Below are positions 13,001 through 27,711 of a stretch of 35,172 nt of DNA, in pieces. Position numbers and translations under genes: made by a program. This DNA is from Cercozoa sp. M6MM (Eukaryota; Protista; Endomyxa: Ascetosporea). Within the stretch, counting starts at the first letter, position 1. Every line of letters starts with the position of its first letter. The notes below the pieces were generated by a model. That model ran no database searches. It was given only the letters and a program-made list of their open reading frames with translations, and had not been told where the DNA came from. The stretch is taken from NCBI GenBank assembly GCA_040357565.1, contig JBDODJ010000118.1; one strand, 5' to 3'.

Positions 13001-15554
13001 ATTAAAGGAAAGCTGCATTCATCTTCACAACTGTCTTCTGTGGTGAGACAACGCCCATCATCACATCTGTTCGTGTGCGTGAACGGACACTGCGGGCAAC
13101 TCATAAAGTCAGTTGCACAGTGGCCATCGAGACACCGGACTTGCCCGGCAGAACACGGTTCTGAGAAACGAACACAATCCTCTTCATCCTTCGTACAAAT
13201 TCCGTTTCCACAGTCGGTCGAATTGGAAGGACAGCCAATCTCTAGGTAGCAGTCAGCCGAACTGTATGCGCATGAGTCATCTTGGCACTACAAAGAAAAA
13301 TCTTCTGCTGCCTGGAACTGACTTTTAGTAAATTTTACAAAAAGAACTAAGACTTTTTACCACAACTTCCCATGGTTGGCAATGTGACGGAGGGTAGCCG
13401 TAGCACTCGTATTCTTCGCGAGCACAGCGTCCATCAGGGCAAACTCGGTCGTGACCGCAGTTCCCTGCAATCATCGGTCCAAAATCGCTGGGGCTCGGGG
13501 ATTAAACTGAAAGTAGACTTTAAATTTACCCGGGAGGAGTGGTTCTCGGTTGGCGCAATCCGCGCCATTCCACAGGCACAGGTTATCGTACTTACACCTT
13601 GATTGTCCGCTCAAAATACACTGATCCGTAACTTCTCCATCGTATGGGCAGTGCACATCCCAGAAAATGCACGAGCCGAAGGTGTCGCACCACCTCTGTC
13701 CAAATGGGCACCTCAAACCCACAGAAACGTTGCCACTGAAAGTGTCGGAGGGGCAGTCGTTCTCAGAACTCGCACAAGCGCGGAATTCAGGACGACAAAA
13801 CTCAGGGATTTGGTCTTGGATGTTGGGATCAAAGAAATTGATGCCGAGACATTGTTCCGGTTCGGCAACGTAGAAGCAAGGCCTGTCAGCGAGAAAGCGA
13901 ATGAAGTTGTTGAACAGCTGAGCAAACACAATCAAATGAACTGGAAGGTGACTTACACTTGGTCGATTCGACATCCTGAGTAGTGGTAACATTGCTCCTC
14001 CGGACCGACACACTCGACTTGGTGCGTGCCATTGGCGTATCGCTCAAAGTCCCATTGAAAGCACGGCTGCAGATCTCCACAAAACAGTTCTTCGGGTTTC
14101 GGACACTGCTCCTCGTTTTTCAAGCACGTGAAGAGCGTTCCATTGATCGTGGGACAGGGATGTTCACCTGAGGCACAGTTGTATTAACACACCACCTTGG
14201 CATTCGTACTGGTCATAGTACCTTCACCACAAGAAGGACACTCCATTCCAGGGAAGCAAAAACGCTCGCCTGAAAATGGATCGAAGCAATGAGTCTCGTT
14301 TGCGTCACAAACTTGGTCAGAGGGAATCGGGAACATGTTGCTGCATTCTTCCAGCGACATGCACTCTCGGTGACCTGAACCGGGAATGAAGCATAGAACT
14401 TCGGATGGGCTGCATAACTCAAACGACGGGGAAGGCGTCAGTGAGTCCTCGCACTCCGACACAGTCGCGCAGAAGCGTGAACCAGAGCCTTCATCGTAGC
14501 ACAAGATTTCGTCTGTGGCGCAAAACATGTCGCTCGGGTTCGGAACTGTCCCGTTCATCATTTCACAGTCTGTTGGTGACGCGCAGAATCGATCATCTTG
14601 TGATCCGATGCATAGAATTTCATTTTCTGGGCAGTTGGCCAACGAATTGCAAAGGTCTTCAGGCAAACAGGTGACGTTTCCATCCGACAACGTGCAAGCT
14701 ACAGAAACAATTCATATGCATATGAACAAACTTTCTGAAGGATCTTACGAGCTTCGTTGGGTTCGCACGTGATGACTGGAACCACGATAGCATCACATTC
14801 TGCTTGGGTGGCACAAAATCTTGAGTCAGTCATTTCGTCAAAGCACAGAATTTCATCCCAAGGACAGATCTGTGGAAATACTTTTAGCTTTAACTCTATA
14901 GATGAGGGTCATGGAGAACTCACCTGGTCATCAGGAGGAAGGAGTTCATGGCTGCGCAAGAAAGTGCAATTGAAACACCGTGCCACGCTCTGTGTTTGTG
15001 TTTCCGTAAATTTACCAGTTCGCAAGTAGGTCACAGTAGCGTTCATCTTCTACTGAGTCGTAGCACAGAACTTCGCCTACAAGATTCAAGCCAACATCCA
15101 AGCACAGTATTCTCCCCAGGAATCTTACACAAGGTTGTAATTTAGTTGTGAACATGCTAAAGAGAAATTGACCATCTGGGCAGATTTGGTCAGCTGGGTC
15201 GGCGAGAACACATTCAGAAGGTGGCAGACACGCTCTTGTGCCATTGACACCGTAACAGAGAACTTCACTTTCAAGGCAAGCTGGAGCAGGGAAGTCACAT
15301 GCATCCGGGGCGAGGCACTCGCGGTCCCCAGTGTTTGGATTAAAGCACAAGACTTCTCCACTAGGGCACGCAGGTTCAGACGGATTTGGCGTGTCGCATT
15401 CCTCTGGAAGCATGCATTCGCGCTGTCCGGTGTTCGGATTAAAGCAAAGCACCTCCTGAGAAGTGCAGATCTGGTCGGACGGGGACGGCTCAGCCGCCGC
15501 CTGTATGAGGCTCTGCAGACCGCCCACCAGCAGTAGGCAGGGTACGAACCTCAT
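7013..15554 (-). CDS. Giant secreted/surface cysteine-rich repeat protein with C-terminal GAIN/GPS-like (HFS) domain, Thr-rich stalk and hydrophobic anchor
   Basis: Signal peptide MRFVPCLLLVGGLQSLIQAAA; N-terminal DQICxxxEVLCFxxxxGxRxC repeats; dozens of CPxxxPxRCxDGxCxxxxxxC repeats over many GT-AG exons; then FSEPVEMTFWV...LACRYVDEQGQW...FSCSVLHFSSWYV, TTTSVLTTTSAPTTT and LLVYTLVVLAIVG close to the stop at 7013. Confidence 0.85.
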
Positions 15555-16041
15555 CTAAACCAACGTCTTGCAAAATCTTGCAGTTAGCTAGAAGCTTCGA
15601 GGTCTGGCCAGATCTCCGCGCGGATCGGAAGCATGTGCCTGACCCAGCATTCTGGAAATGCCAACTGCCAACAAACAGAAAATCCATTGGTAGAAACGCT
15701 GAACGGTGACCCGACCCGAAGAATTCTCTACCCACCTCCGGACCCTACCGGGAGAGGAGGGGAGGGGGTAAGGCTGCACGCTGGATACTAATGAAATTTA
15801 TATCACACCTAGCGGTCGTGACTTGAGTAAATATTACATTCCGTATCGCTAGCGTATCGTAGATAGTAAATTTATGTATACTGTATGCGTATGAAATGCT
15901 CAAGCACGCGATTGCATAAACTTTAAGCGTGTACATACGTACGGTATGTGTGAGCGAGTATTAGCTGCTCGATACTCGCCTGGGGCGCTACGTTATGCGC
16001 TAACAATGGTAATGCGCCCCGCCCCGCATGCGCACAAGTGA

Positions 16042-18568
16042 CTACTCGCCGCCTTCAGAGACCAAGTCGAGCACCGCTGGGCATAGGATTTCACTAGACG
16101 GTGTCCTTTCGAGCTCCATCTCATCTGATACCAAACTGAAGCTCGAAAAAGCAAATGAAACAGAAAGTGGTACCGTCAGGTGCCACCATTTGAACGGATC
16201 CTGTCGCCCGATGCAAGACATAAAGAAAGAGAAACGGCGTCAACATACAGATGAACAACAGGGCAAGAACACAGGCCGCTCTACACGAGGAATCAGCAAA
16301 AGTGAAGCACGCAGATATTTTACAGCACAACTTACACATCCGCATCTGTCAATAATTCATCCTCACTTGCTTGTTTTGCAAGCAAAAAAGAGAACTCCCC
16401 TCGTCCACTAAATAACAATCACTTTCAAAAAGAGAAGCCACGGTCAAATATAAAAGTGACGCACCTCATCGCAAGTGCATACACGAGGACCTTCTGCGCG
16501 ATCGGGAGCGTTCGTTCCGTCGGGTCCGTGTGAGCACCTCGCACACGAAGAGTCGTCTTATGGGCAAAAGCAGCCACCGGTAGCTTGCCGAAAAAGGCGC
16601 ATGCAAATAAAATGCTCGCCTTGGCTAGAGTGCCTGACTTCCAGAACTTGGTTTGCTCGCCATCCCGGTCAATCAATGACGGTAACGAAAAACCCTACAC
16701 AGCAACACGGATTAACTGTTGCACAATGCCTCGCGATCGAAGTCAACCACTTAACAAGCTTACGATAGTGCACGCGAAGAAAAGACGAACGAGCCACCTC
16801 ATTGCAAAGTCACCCTAAACCAACAAAAGTCATGCCATTCCACCGGACTTGTGCAAAGCACCAAGATACGTGTGCTTCAAACTGTCTGCGGACGGAAGGA
16901 TACTTGTTGAAAGCGAGACCTGCCACAAAGGCTCCGAGCTATTCACAAGAAGCTTCTCAGCAGTGTACCAACTGAACTGAGAGGGGGTGAACGAACCAAA
17001 TCGCTAGTTCCTGCTGCGTCAGCAGCGATGGCACCTCCTGCAATTCGGTCGTTTTGTGAGCGAGAAAATTGAAAGGAAAAAGGAGCAATACCTGTGGCTA
17101 CGAGAAGCATCAGACAGAGGCGGAACTGTTCTCGAGTGTTTTCAGTGTCTGCCAGCACAAGTGAGTTCCAGCCAAATTGAGCATTTATTTATGAGTAACT
17201 GCCAGGTACCGTAGTTTCGGAAAGGAAAACGCTTGAATGTAGCCCGCTCAAGCACTGGAAGCACACGCGGTATTGTGGGCAGCAAGACGATGCCACTGCA
17301 CACATACATAATGATAGACTTTTCTGCATCTCGGCGTCATATCCATAGAATTATCGTAAGCAAACTGAGAAACCAAAGGATGGCAGCAGTGGAGGCCACC
17401 AGGGGCGACAGAACGTCCCAAGTCGACACTGAAGACAGGAGCGAACCGTGCAACAACTCAAGAGACCAATTGTATCGATTGACACAGACAGTTCGTACCA
17501 TCATCCTTGAGTGCCACTGCCTGAACTTCCGCCAACAGAACAAGCGACAGCACATCTGCACAAGAATAAAAGCCAGCACAAACGAAATCAGTCGGCGTAC
17601 CGTCAAACACTGCTGCCGCAGCGACAAAGGTTCCCAGCGAAGTAGTCTGTCAGCAGCACGAAGAATCCTCTCATGCACACCTGCAACGCACGGTGCATCT
17701 TACATGCAGTTCAAACTGTCGCAACAAGGTCGTAACGTAGCCCAAGGACGTCGGTGCAAGAGCTAGACTCATGCACGCAATGTACTCGACAAACTTGAGC
17801 TGGACAGACGCAAAACAAAGAAAACGGATACTTACTTGCCCCGATAGCGAGCGTGTTTCTCCAGTCACCTCCGCCTTCAAAACTCTGAAGCGGGCGAAAC
17901 ACAAATAGCCAGACACAAAGTAGAGTGTAAGGACAAGAGCACATCGGGATAGCCGTTAAACAGTAGCTGCGCCAAGAACACGAAACCGACGGGAGCGGCC
18001 TGTCACAGTATGCCCTGATAGTGCATATGCACGATACTGAAGGAATAAAAGGCACCTACCACTCCAGCGAAGGCACCTAGTGCACTCCGAACGACCCCAA
18101 CACGCCTTAGATCAGCCTACGAAGCATTTCATACACATGCACCCTCAACACATGAATACAAGGTACCAAGTCGACTGAGAGACCGGCATGCGTCACAAGG
18201 AGCAACACGCCGAGTTTGCCCGCCGCTGTAAGAGCCTCCGGGAACGGCGCTTGCTGCCACAGGGCCGGTCCAATGGCAGCGCTGAAAATTACACGATTGT
18301 TCGCCTTCAGCAAACAGCGAATTGTTTCTTAAACAAGTAGTACCCAGCAATGAGAAGCAGAGGGATAGGCGAGGCATGCAACTGCAAGTGTAGAATGTGA
18401 TGGTGCCCGGGCGCGTGAGCGGTTAAAAAACACGTACAATTGTGGAACACACTTCTGCAAGCCAACATACGGCTAGTACGCCTACCAGCTCTGTGAAACA
18501 AAAACAAGTGCAGCTCGGCAGAAAACAGAAAAAAAAACAAAGCCACTTATCTCGCCGTTTAACTCCAT
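16042..18568 (-). CDS. Cation/H+ antiporter (CPA2 / Na_H_Exchanger-like), multi-exon membrane protein
   Basis: Spliced N-terminus MELNGEIK-LVGVLAVCWLAEVCSTI-LHASPIPLLLIAG-AAIGPALW...ALTAAGKLGVLLLVTHAGLSVDL follows the KefB/CPA2 TM1-3 pattern (P-x-x-x-x-ll-aG-x-x-iGP ... G-v-x-l-l-x-x-x-GLe-x-dl). Later hydrophobic exons include KASILFACAFFGKL. The 3' end is approximate. Confidence 0.7.
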
Positions 18569-18847
18569 AATTGAAAGCCCACGTGCGTGGGGCTGAAAGG
18601 AATCTGAAAAAGATCCCTAGAGTACAGTGCGTCGTGACGTGGTCAAATCGCCCAAGTCGTCCAGCAACGCAACGCAATCGTTGCGGCTTCACTTAATGGC
18701 GGAACCACCGTATGTTATAAACTTCTCTATGAACGCAACTGAACCAATGCGACCGCAGGCTGCGGCTGGTTAAAAACGAAACGAACTCGCACTCAAACCG
18801 AAACCTGAGCTCGCGTCGGCTGGACGCAAGCTTACGTCGCTCGCAGC

Positions 18848-20579
18848 TTACATGGTATGTGCGTTCGAGGCGTCGACTACTCGCTTGAACACCTGCAACA
18901 GATCCAAGAAGCACATCAACACAACGCTGAGGTGATCAGGCACGAGAAAGGTACGGCTGCAGATCGCTGGCCGAGCGACTTGCACTTGGGCGAGTTCATG
19001 AGCGACAGCAGCGCCGTCAGCGTTCGCGAGCGGTTCAGCATGCCCTAAAAACGAACACAGGCATCAAAGGATTATAAACACAAATTTGCAGTCACCCAAG
19101 ACAGGCATACCTCGTTCTCCAGGAAGTCGATGAGCTTCTTGGCCTCCTCCAGCAGTGGTGTGCCGATGAACTCGGGATCCTGTGGGTTAGGACACACACA
19201 CAAACACGCAGTGAAAAAAGACGGGTCTCTGCGGGGAGGGGGGTTACCTGCTCAAGGACGTTGGCCAGTCTCGCGTAGAAACCGTCGCTCAGCTGACGTG
19301 CCTGAATGTTACACACACAGTTGCGTGTATATATATATATATATATATTATATATATGTGTGTTGTGTGTGTATGTATTTATGTCTAAGTATGGAGGCAC
19401 AGACACAGACACAGACACAGACACCGACACAGACAATCAGTGTACGTTGGTGACACCGCCGATATGCTGAAAGGCCCAGTCGCGAACCTCGTGTGCTACG
19501 GGGGAAGGGGAGTAAAAAAGCAGGAAGTGGGACAGGGGGATATGAGGGAAGGACAAGGGTACACTTGCGCACGACGCCGACGTCGCGCACCACAAGCACC
19601 GAGAGCATCGACTCGAAGATGCGCGTCGACTGCACGGGAATCGCGAGTTCCTTCATCTGCTGCCGCACCTGGTCGAGCTTCTGGAAGCGCTCGGCGCTCT
19701 TGACAGTCTCGTCCTGCGCGTATGCTCTCAGCAGCGTCTGCAAGGGGGAGGCATAACCGCGCTAACGTGGGTAACTGGGAGGACAAGGAAGATCGCACCT
19801 CGAACACACGCTGTGTCAGCAGGTGGCACAACTGCAAGTGCTTCGGCTGCTCCGACTGACCACTCGCTCTCTTGTCGGCCAGTGCGTTCTCCTGTCAGGG
19901 GAGGGGGAGGGGTACCAGTAGTATGGGGGACATTACACAAGGCACATTGTACCTCCACGAGAGTGGTCTGCGTCAGTTTCACGAGTTTATCAAACACGAT
20001 CTGAGCCTCCTCAGAGTTGCCTGTACTCGAGGGGACAACAGGGAGGTAACACAGGGTGAAATGTGTGGGGGGGGGGGGGGTAAGAACTCAGCCGTACCAC
20101 CGGCCGAGATAGCGGCCAGACCGCTGTGCAGCAGTTCAATATCGGGCTCCTCGTGCTCCGACAGCAGACGCACGGCCAGCTCGGCCGAGTCGCTCGTCGG
20201 ACATTGCTCCTGTTGGGGTTACAAGGGTAACACTGGGATACAAGGGTAACACGGGGGGAGGTAAACAGGGAAGGGAAGTACCAGGATACGCAGGCGCGCC
20301 GACAGCACGTGGTAGTCCTGCGGCGACACTTCGAAGGACAGGGCGCCGACGTAGAGGATCCACGCGGCCATGCGCGTGCGCTCCAGGTCGGTGAACTCGG
20401 GTGACAGCAACAGGCCCTTGGACTGTCACACACTCATACTCGCACACTCGCACACCCACACAGTCATGTACACACACAGTCATGTCCACACACAGTCATG
20501 TACACACACAATCATGTACACACACAGTCATGTACACACACAGCCATGTACACACACAGTCATGTACACACACAGTCAT

Positions 20580-20632
<53 letters not shown>

Positions 20633-22107
20633 TGTAGCTGTATCACTGAGGGCAGGTGTTACACACGCAGACAGTGTCTGGCCGTCCACGAGCCCCGACA
20701 CGGGCAGGCCGAAGCGTTCGCATTGTTGCTCGCACTCCGACAGACCCGACAGCATGGCGTCCAGGCCGTTGAGTCCCTGGGAGGGAGGTAGGGGTCAGAG
20801 GTACAGGGGGTGGGAGCAATAGGGTAGGGGCAAGAGTGTACAGAGAGCATCAAGGCGAGGTTGACTTCGTCGCGCGCATCGCGCATGATCGAGTGGTTGC
20901 CGTCCTTGTCCTGGTGGGGGGGGGGAGTTAATTGAGGGAGGGGTATAGATAAGCGGGACAAGAGGTACCTTAACAAGCATGCTGGGTGCGATTTCGAGCA
21001 CCTCGGACACATCAAAAGGCAGTCCGTGCACCGACACCATGACGCGCTCACTTTCCTCCTTCTCCGAGGGCGCCTGTGCGCCGCCTGTACGGCACACACA
21101 CATACCCAGGGTACAAACACAACGGGGGGGGGGGTATACGAGAACTCTACCGTTCTCCATGTGCTTGAGGTAGGTCTCTCGCAGCGCCTTGGCCGCGCGT
21201 GCCTATGCACAAGCATAAAAAACAACAACAACAAACAACAAACATGTGTACCTCGAACAGAGCGGCCGGCAGCAGCGCTGGCACGCAGAAAGCCGCGCAT
21301 CGCGCCAGTGCGTTGCGCATGCTCTGATCTTGCTCCTGCGGGAGGGAGGGAGGGAATGCAGGGGCAAGAGGGTCAGAGGGTCAGAGGGAACAGAGGGGAC
21401 AGAGGGGAGTAAAAGGGAGGCCAAACAAGAGGCAAAAGCCCACCTCGATTGGACACAGATTGAGCAGCATCTTGACCACGTTGAAGCCTACAGCAGATCG
21501 AACATATGACCTCACTAGACGCACTTACACAGGTGCTACGCTCCAACTCGGTCGCCTGGTGCTCGGGAGAGCCTACGTCAAGTCACTTACTTCACACCCG
21601 GACGGAGGAGGAACTACACGGAGGCAGCAGAAAGAGAGGCTACCCTGCTGGTACGGGTTGACCTTGCGCATCGTTCTGTTGAGGTTCGATCGCGCATTCA
21701 TCAACTACCACGGCAAGGGGGGGGGGTAAGGGGTTAACTACAGGCATAAAGGCAGGGCACCTGGTTCTCCGACAAGTGCTCGTAACGTTCGGTGCCTTTG
21801 AGCACTCGCGCCGACAGTTTCAGCAGCTGCAGTTCCACCAGCCATAACAGTCGAAGAAAGGGTGTGGACAGGACAAGGCCTACGCTCTCATCGGCCTTGA
21901 ATGACACGGCCTGCGTCGACGAACTGGCCGACTTTGTGGTGTCAAACGACGACAGCAACTCGTCCACGCGCTGCGCCGAGGCTGTGGCGTAGGCAGGCAC
22001 ACACACAGGCGTCAGACAGAAGTGCAAACACTCATTCAAATCCGAATACCGCCAATCGCGCGCACCTGACGCGATGTTGTGCGCAGCAAACGCGCGGCAA
22101 GCACCAT
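18848..22107 (-). CDS. Hypothetical helical protein, probably mitochondrion-targeted, highly multi-exon
   Basis: GC3-rich exons splice in frame: MVLAARLLRTTSRQVRAIG-ASAQRVDELLSS..., LLWLVELQLLKLSARVLK, FNVVKMLLNLCPIE, EFTDLERTRMAAWILYVG, SAERFQKLDQVRQQMKEL, LLEEAKKLIDFLENE, ending VFKRVVDASNAHTM-TAA. No family recognised. Confidence 0.7.
19327..19433. repeat. (TA)n and (CAGACA)n intronic microsatellites
   Basis: Read directly from the sequence. Confidence 0.9.
20455..20628. repeat. 16-bp minisatellite CAGTCATGTACACACA (about 8 copies) merging into (CA)n
   Basis: Tandem units with single substitutions (CAATCATG, CAGCCATG, CATGTCC), inside an intron. Confidence 0.92.
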
Positions 22108-22766
22108 GACTAGGCAGCACACACGACACGCGACTCTGCACAATCAAAATCACCGCTGAGCACACCCGGTTTACAAAAAACGCCCACGCACAACTGCACT
22201 AGAAAACACATGCATCCAGTGTACGCCACAGCCTACCAAGCCTGGATAGTGCTGTGCGGGAAAAGACGCACAGACCCTGTTTTAAATCCAGGTTGGTCCC
22301 TTCTGCCTTTGTTAGTATTTAATCATTTTTCTATGCTAGAACCCATATGAACTCGCACTATTTGTCGGCAGCAACGTTAAAATCTCATCTAAAAACCGTA
22401 CAATGACACAACAACAAGTATTATTGTTCTCGGTGTATTTAAAGGAGCGCTGCGTGTAAGAACGGCAGGTGACGGACGCCTGGCTGCTGGTGGACTGTAG
22501 ACAACACGATCAAAGCATTGAGTCTGCGTGCTCTTCTTGTGCTTTGAGGCGAGTTGGACAAAAGATTCGGGCTGGGTCGGGAGTCGTTCGTTCGTGTTGC
22601 AAACGTCGTTGACGCAGTGTACGCCGATCGGACCGCAGAGCTCGCATCATCTATTCGCGCTGTTGACTGTGTGCCAGGGAGAGCGACGGAGTTTCAGGAG
22701 TGGAACGATAGAGACAGAGGCGAGCAAGCAGGAATCCTAGTTCAGGACGGACCCGAAAGAAACGCA

Positions 22767-25482
<2,716 letters not shown>

Positions 25483-26258
25483 GAGCGACACAGACGGCTC
25501 TTGCGAACGCACATTGTATGTACACATGGTGCCTCCTCCCTCTTGTACTTCCTGTGTGTCTTTCTCTCTTCTCCCTCTCTTCTGTTTCCCCTGCTCTCCC
25601 TTCCCTTGCCTTCCCCTGCCTTGTCTTGCCTTCACGTCCTTACCTTGCCTTTCATTTGCTTGCTTTGATGTTTAGGAACGTGCTGCCGTTTTTCTTCTTT
25701 CTTCCTTCGCTGCCCCGTTCCCTTCGTTTCAGCAGTGCTGATTGTTAACTAAAAGTGCCCTGCCGAGACCGGTCTCTCACACACGCTCACTCGACTCTGG
25801 TCGAGGTGCGGTCGGTCGGGGTGAGTTTGGACGACTCCTCGGCTCGCCTGTGCAACCCGAACCGTGCCGTCGCGTCGCCTCATAGAAACCGCTCTGAGTC
25901 TATTGTCACATTAACGTGTATTCGATCCAATTCGATACCCCTGCACTTTTCGCGAGGGCAGAGGGCCCACACTTGGCTGACATCATTGATTCAGTCCGTA
26001 GCGTTGCGTAGCACCACGACAGCTTAATAATCCTCGGTCGTGACTCACTGTCGTTCCGAGCTTCGATGTTCTAATTTAGGAAAATTGCCGGTACAACTCT
26101 AACTGAAATTGTAAAAACGACTTCTCAGTGATGACTCGCTGATTCGGAGAATAAAGTAACTCGGTTGCATTTGGCGTTGGGTGTATCCGTCGGCGCTCGA
26201 CTGCCAGCGCACTTTGAACTTGAAGCCACATTGAACGGCATGATGCACACAACATGGC

Positions 26259-27572
26259 TCAATCGTTGCAACAACTGCAAAATTGCGACAGTTCTCGTTG
26301 CCTCGCAGACTCGGAGCGGTACTTTGCGAGAAGAGAAAGCATGGCTTCGTGCGTTGTCAGTGTGGACTTCTCGTCACCACCGGCAGGCGGATGGTGGTAG
26401 CGTTCGGTGTCAAACTCGTCCTTGAAGAAGTCGACAACGTCGTGGTCATTATGGCCTGGTGAGCAGTAGCAACAACTTGAAGCGGAACTCTCTGAATTGC
26501 TTGCTTCGGGGTGACACGTGCACTCTAGAGTGCGGAAGCGATCTTGTCGATGTCGAGGTCGACGTCGTTGCTTCCAGCCTTTTCGATGGCGTCGGTGTTT
26601 GCTCTTGTTTTGGTTTGAAATATCGATGGCCTCAACTGAGCTGCTTTCGGCAGGTGCACTGAGTTCTTCAATCCGCTTCTTCAGTTCGTTGACTTCTTGG
26701 CATTTCTCCTGCAGCTTGGTTTTCGCAGTCCGCTGGATCGACTGACTCGCTGCGACAGCTCGAGAAACAAGGCGAGAAACGTTGACGATTGAACTGGAAG
26801 GAGAAAACTTAGCCATGGTTTCTAGGTCACTTGAGACCGACCCATCGTTGCTTGGCGTCTTGGAACGCTCGTCCGCTTCATCGCCGTCGAAATGAAATGA
26901 CCCGATTTGCTTGAGTGCTTTCACTGCGGTGTTTAACTGAGGCAGCGGGGGCATGCCATTGGATGCGAATCAATGTGGAAACCAAACCTGTATTCGCAAA
27001 AGACGGCTTTCACCTGCATTTAAAAACCAAAAACTCACATCACCGGTAAAAGTGCGTATAAATTTGTATTCACCTTTTAGAGACTTCACGCGCTCTTTCA
27101 CCCGCTCCATCACTCGAAGTTGGGCTGAAGGTACTCGTTTGGTTTCCTTTCTGCTCAAGCACAGCCTCTCGATTCTAACGAGGTCGTCTTCGGTACCGCC
27201 TCTTCTATTTAATTTAAGTTAATTTAAACACACAATTTAGTCAAAACCGGCTTTTAAANNNNNNNNNNNNNNNNNNNNNNNNNNNNNNNNNNNNNNNNNN
27301 NNNNNNNNNNNNNNNNNNNNNNNNNNNNNNNNNNNNNNNNNNNNNNNNNNNNNNNNNNCCCCCCCCCCCACGAAATTGGCACTTTGGTACCGGCGTATTT
27401 CTTGACGAAATGCATCTAGCAGAACGTGCTGTTCTACGATCTGGGAGCGAAGCAAGTCTGCAAAACGACCGGTGACCGACAAGGAGCTGGAGGTGGAATC
27501 AATTTTACCGATGCGTTGGTTCGCCACTTTGAGCTTGTGCCCAAGAGAGAACTCGGGTAGATTGCTTGGCAT
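26259..27572 (-). CDS. Hypothetical coiled-coil protein; spans the N gap
   Basis: Exons MPSNLPEF...EQHVLLDAFRQEIR | gap | ...VMERVKERVKSLK|GESRLLRIQ|LNTAVKALKQ...KLQEKCQEVNELKKRIEEL..., a basic KHRRHRK tract, and a stop at 26259. The start and the linkage across the gap are inferred. Confidence 0.55.
27259..27358. other. Scaffold gap of 100 N
   Basis: Exactly 100 N flanked by a C homopolymer; the usual placeholder for a gap of unknown size. Confidence 0.99.
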
Positions 27573-27711
27573 CGCAAGTCTGGCCAAAACACTCAGGGAT
27601 CGACTCAAAGTCGCTTTGGTCAGCCGCGTATTTTGGTATTCTTGGAGGTGAGAGAAACGCAGATTTTGTCGCGTCACTCCAGAGGTGTATCGTTTGGCAC
27701 CAGAAGCGGGC

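Noticed and set aside
20455-20590. CRISPR-like array
   Set aside because: The units are directly tandem with no unique spacers, in a eukaryotic intron, with no cas genes.
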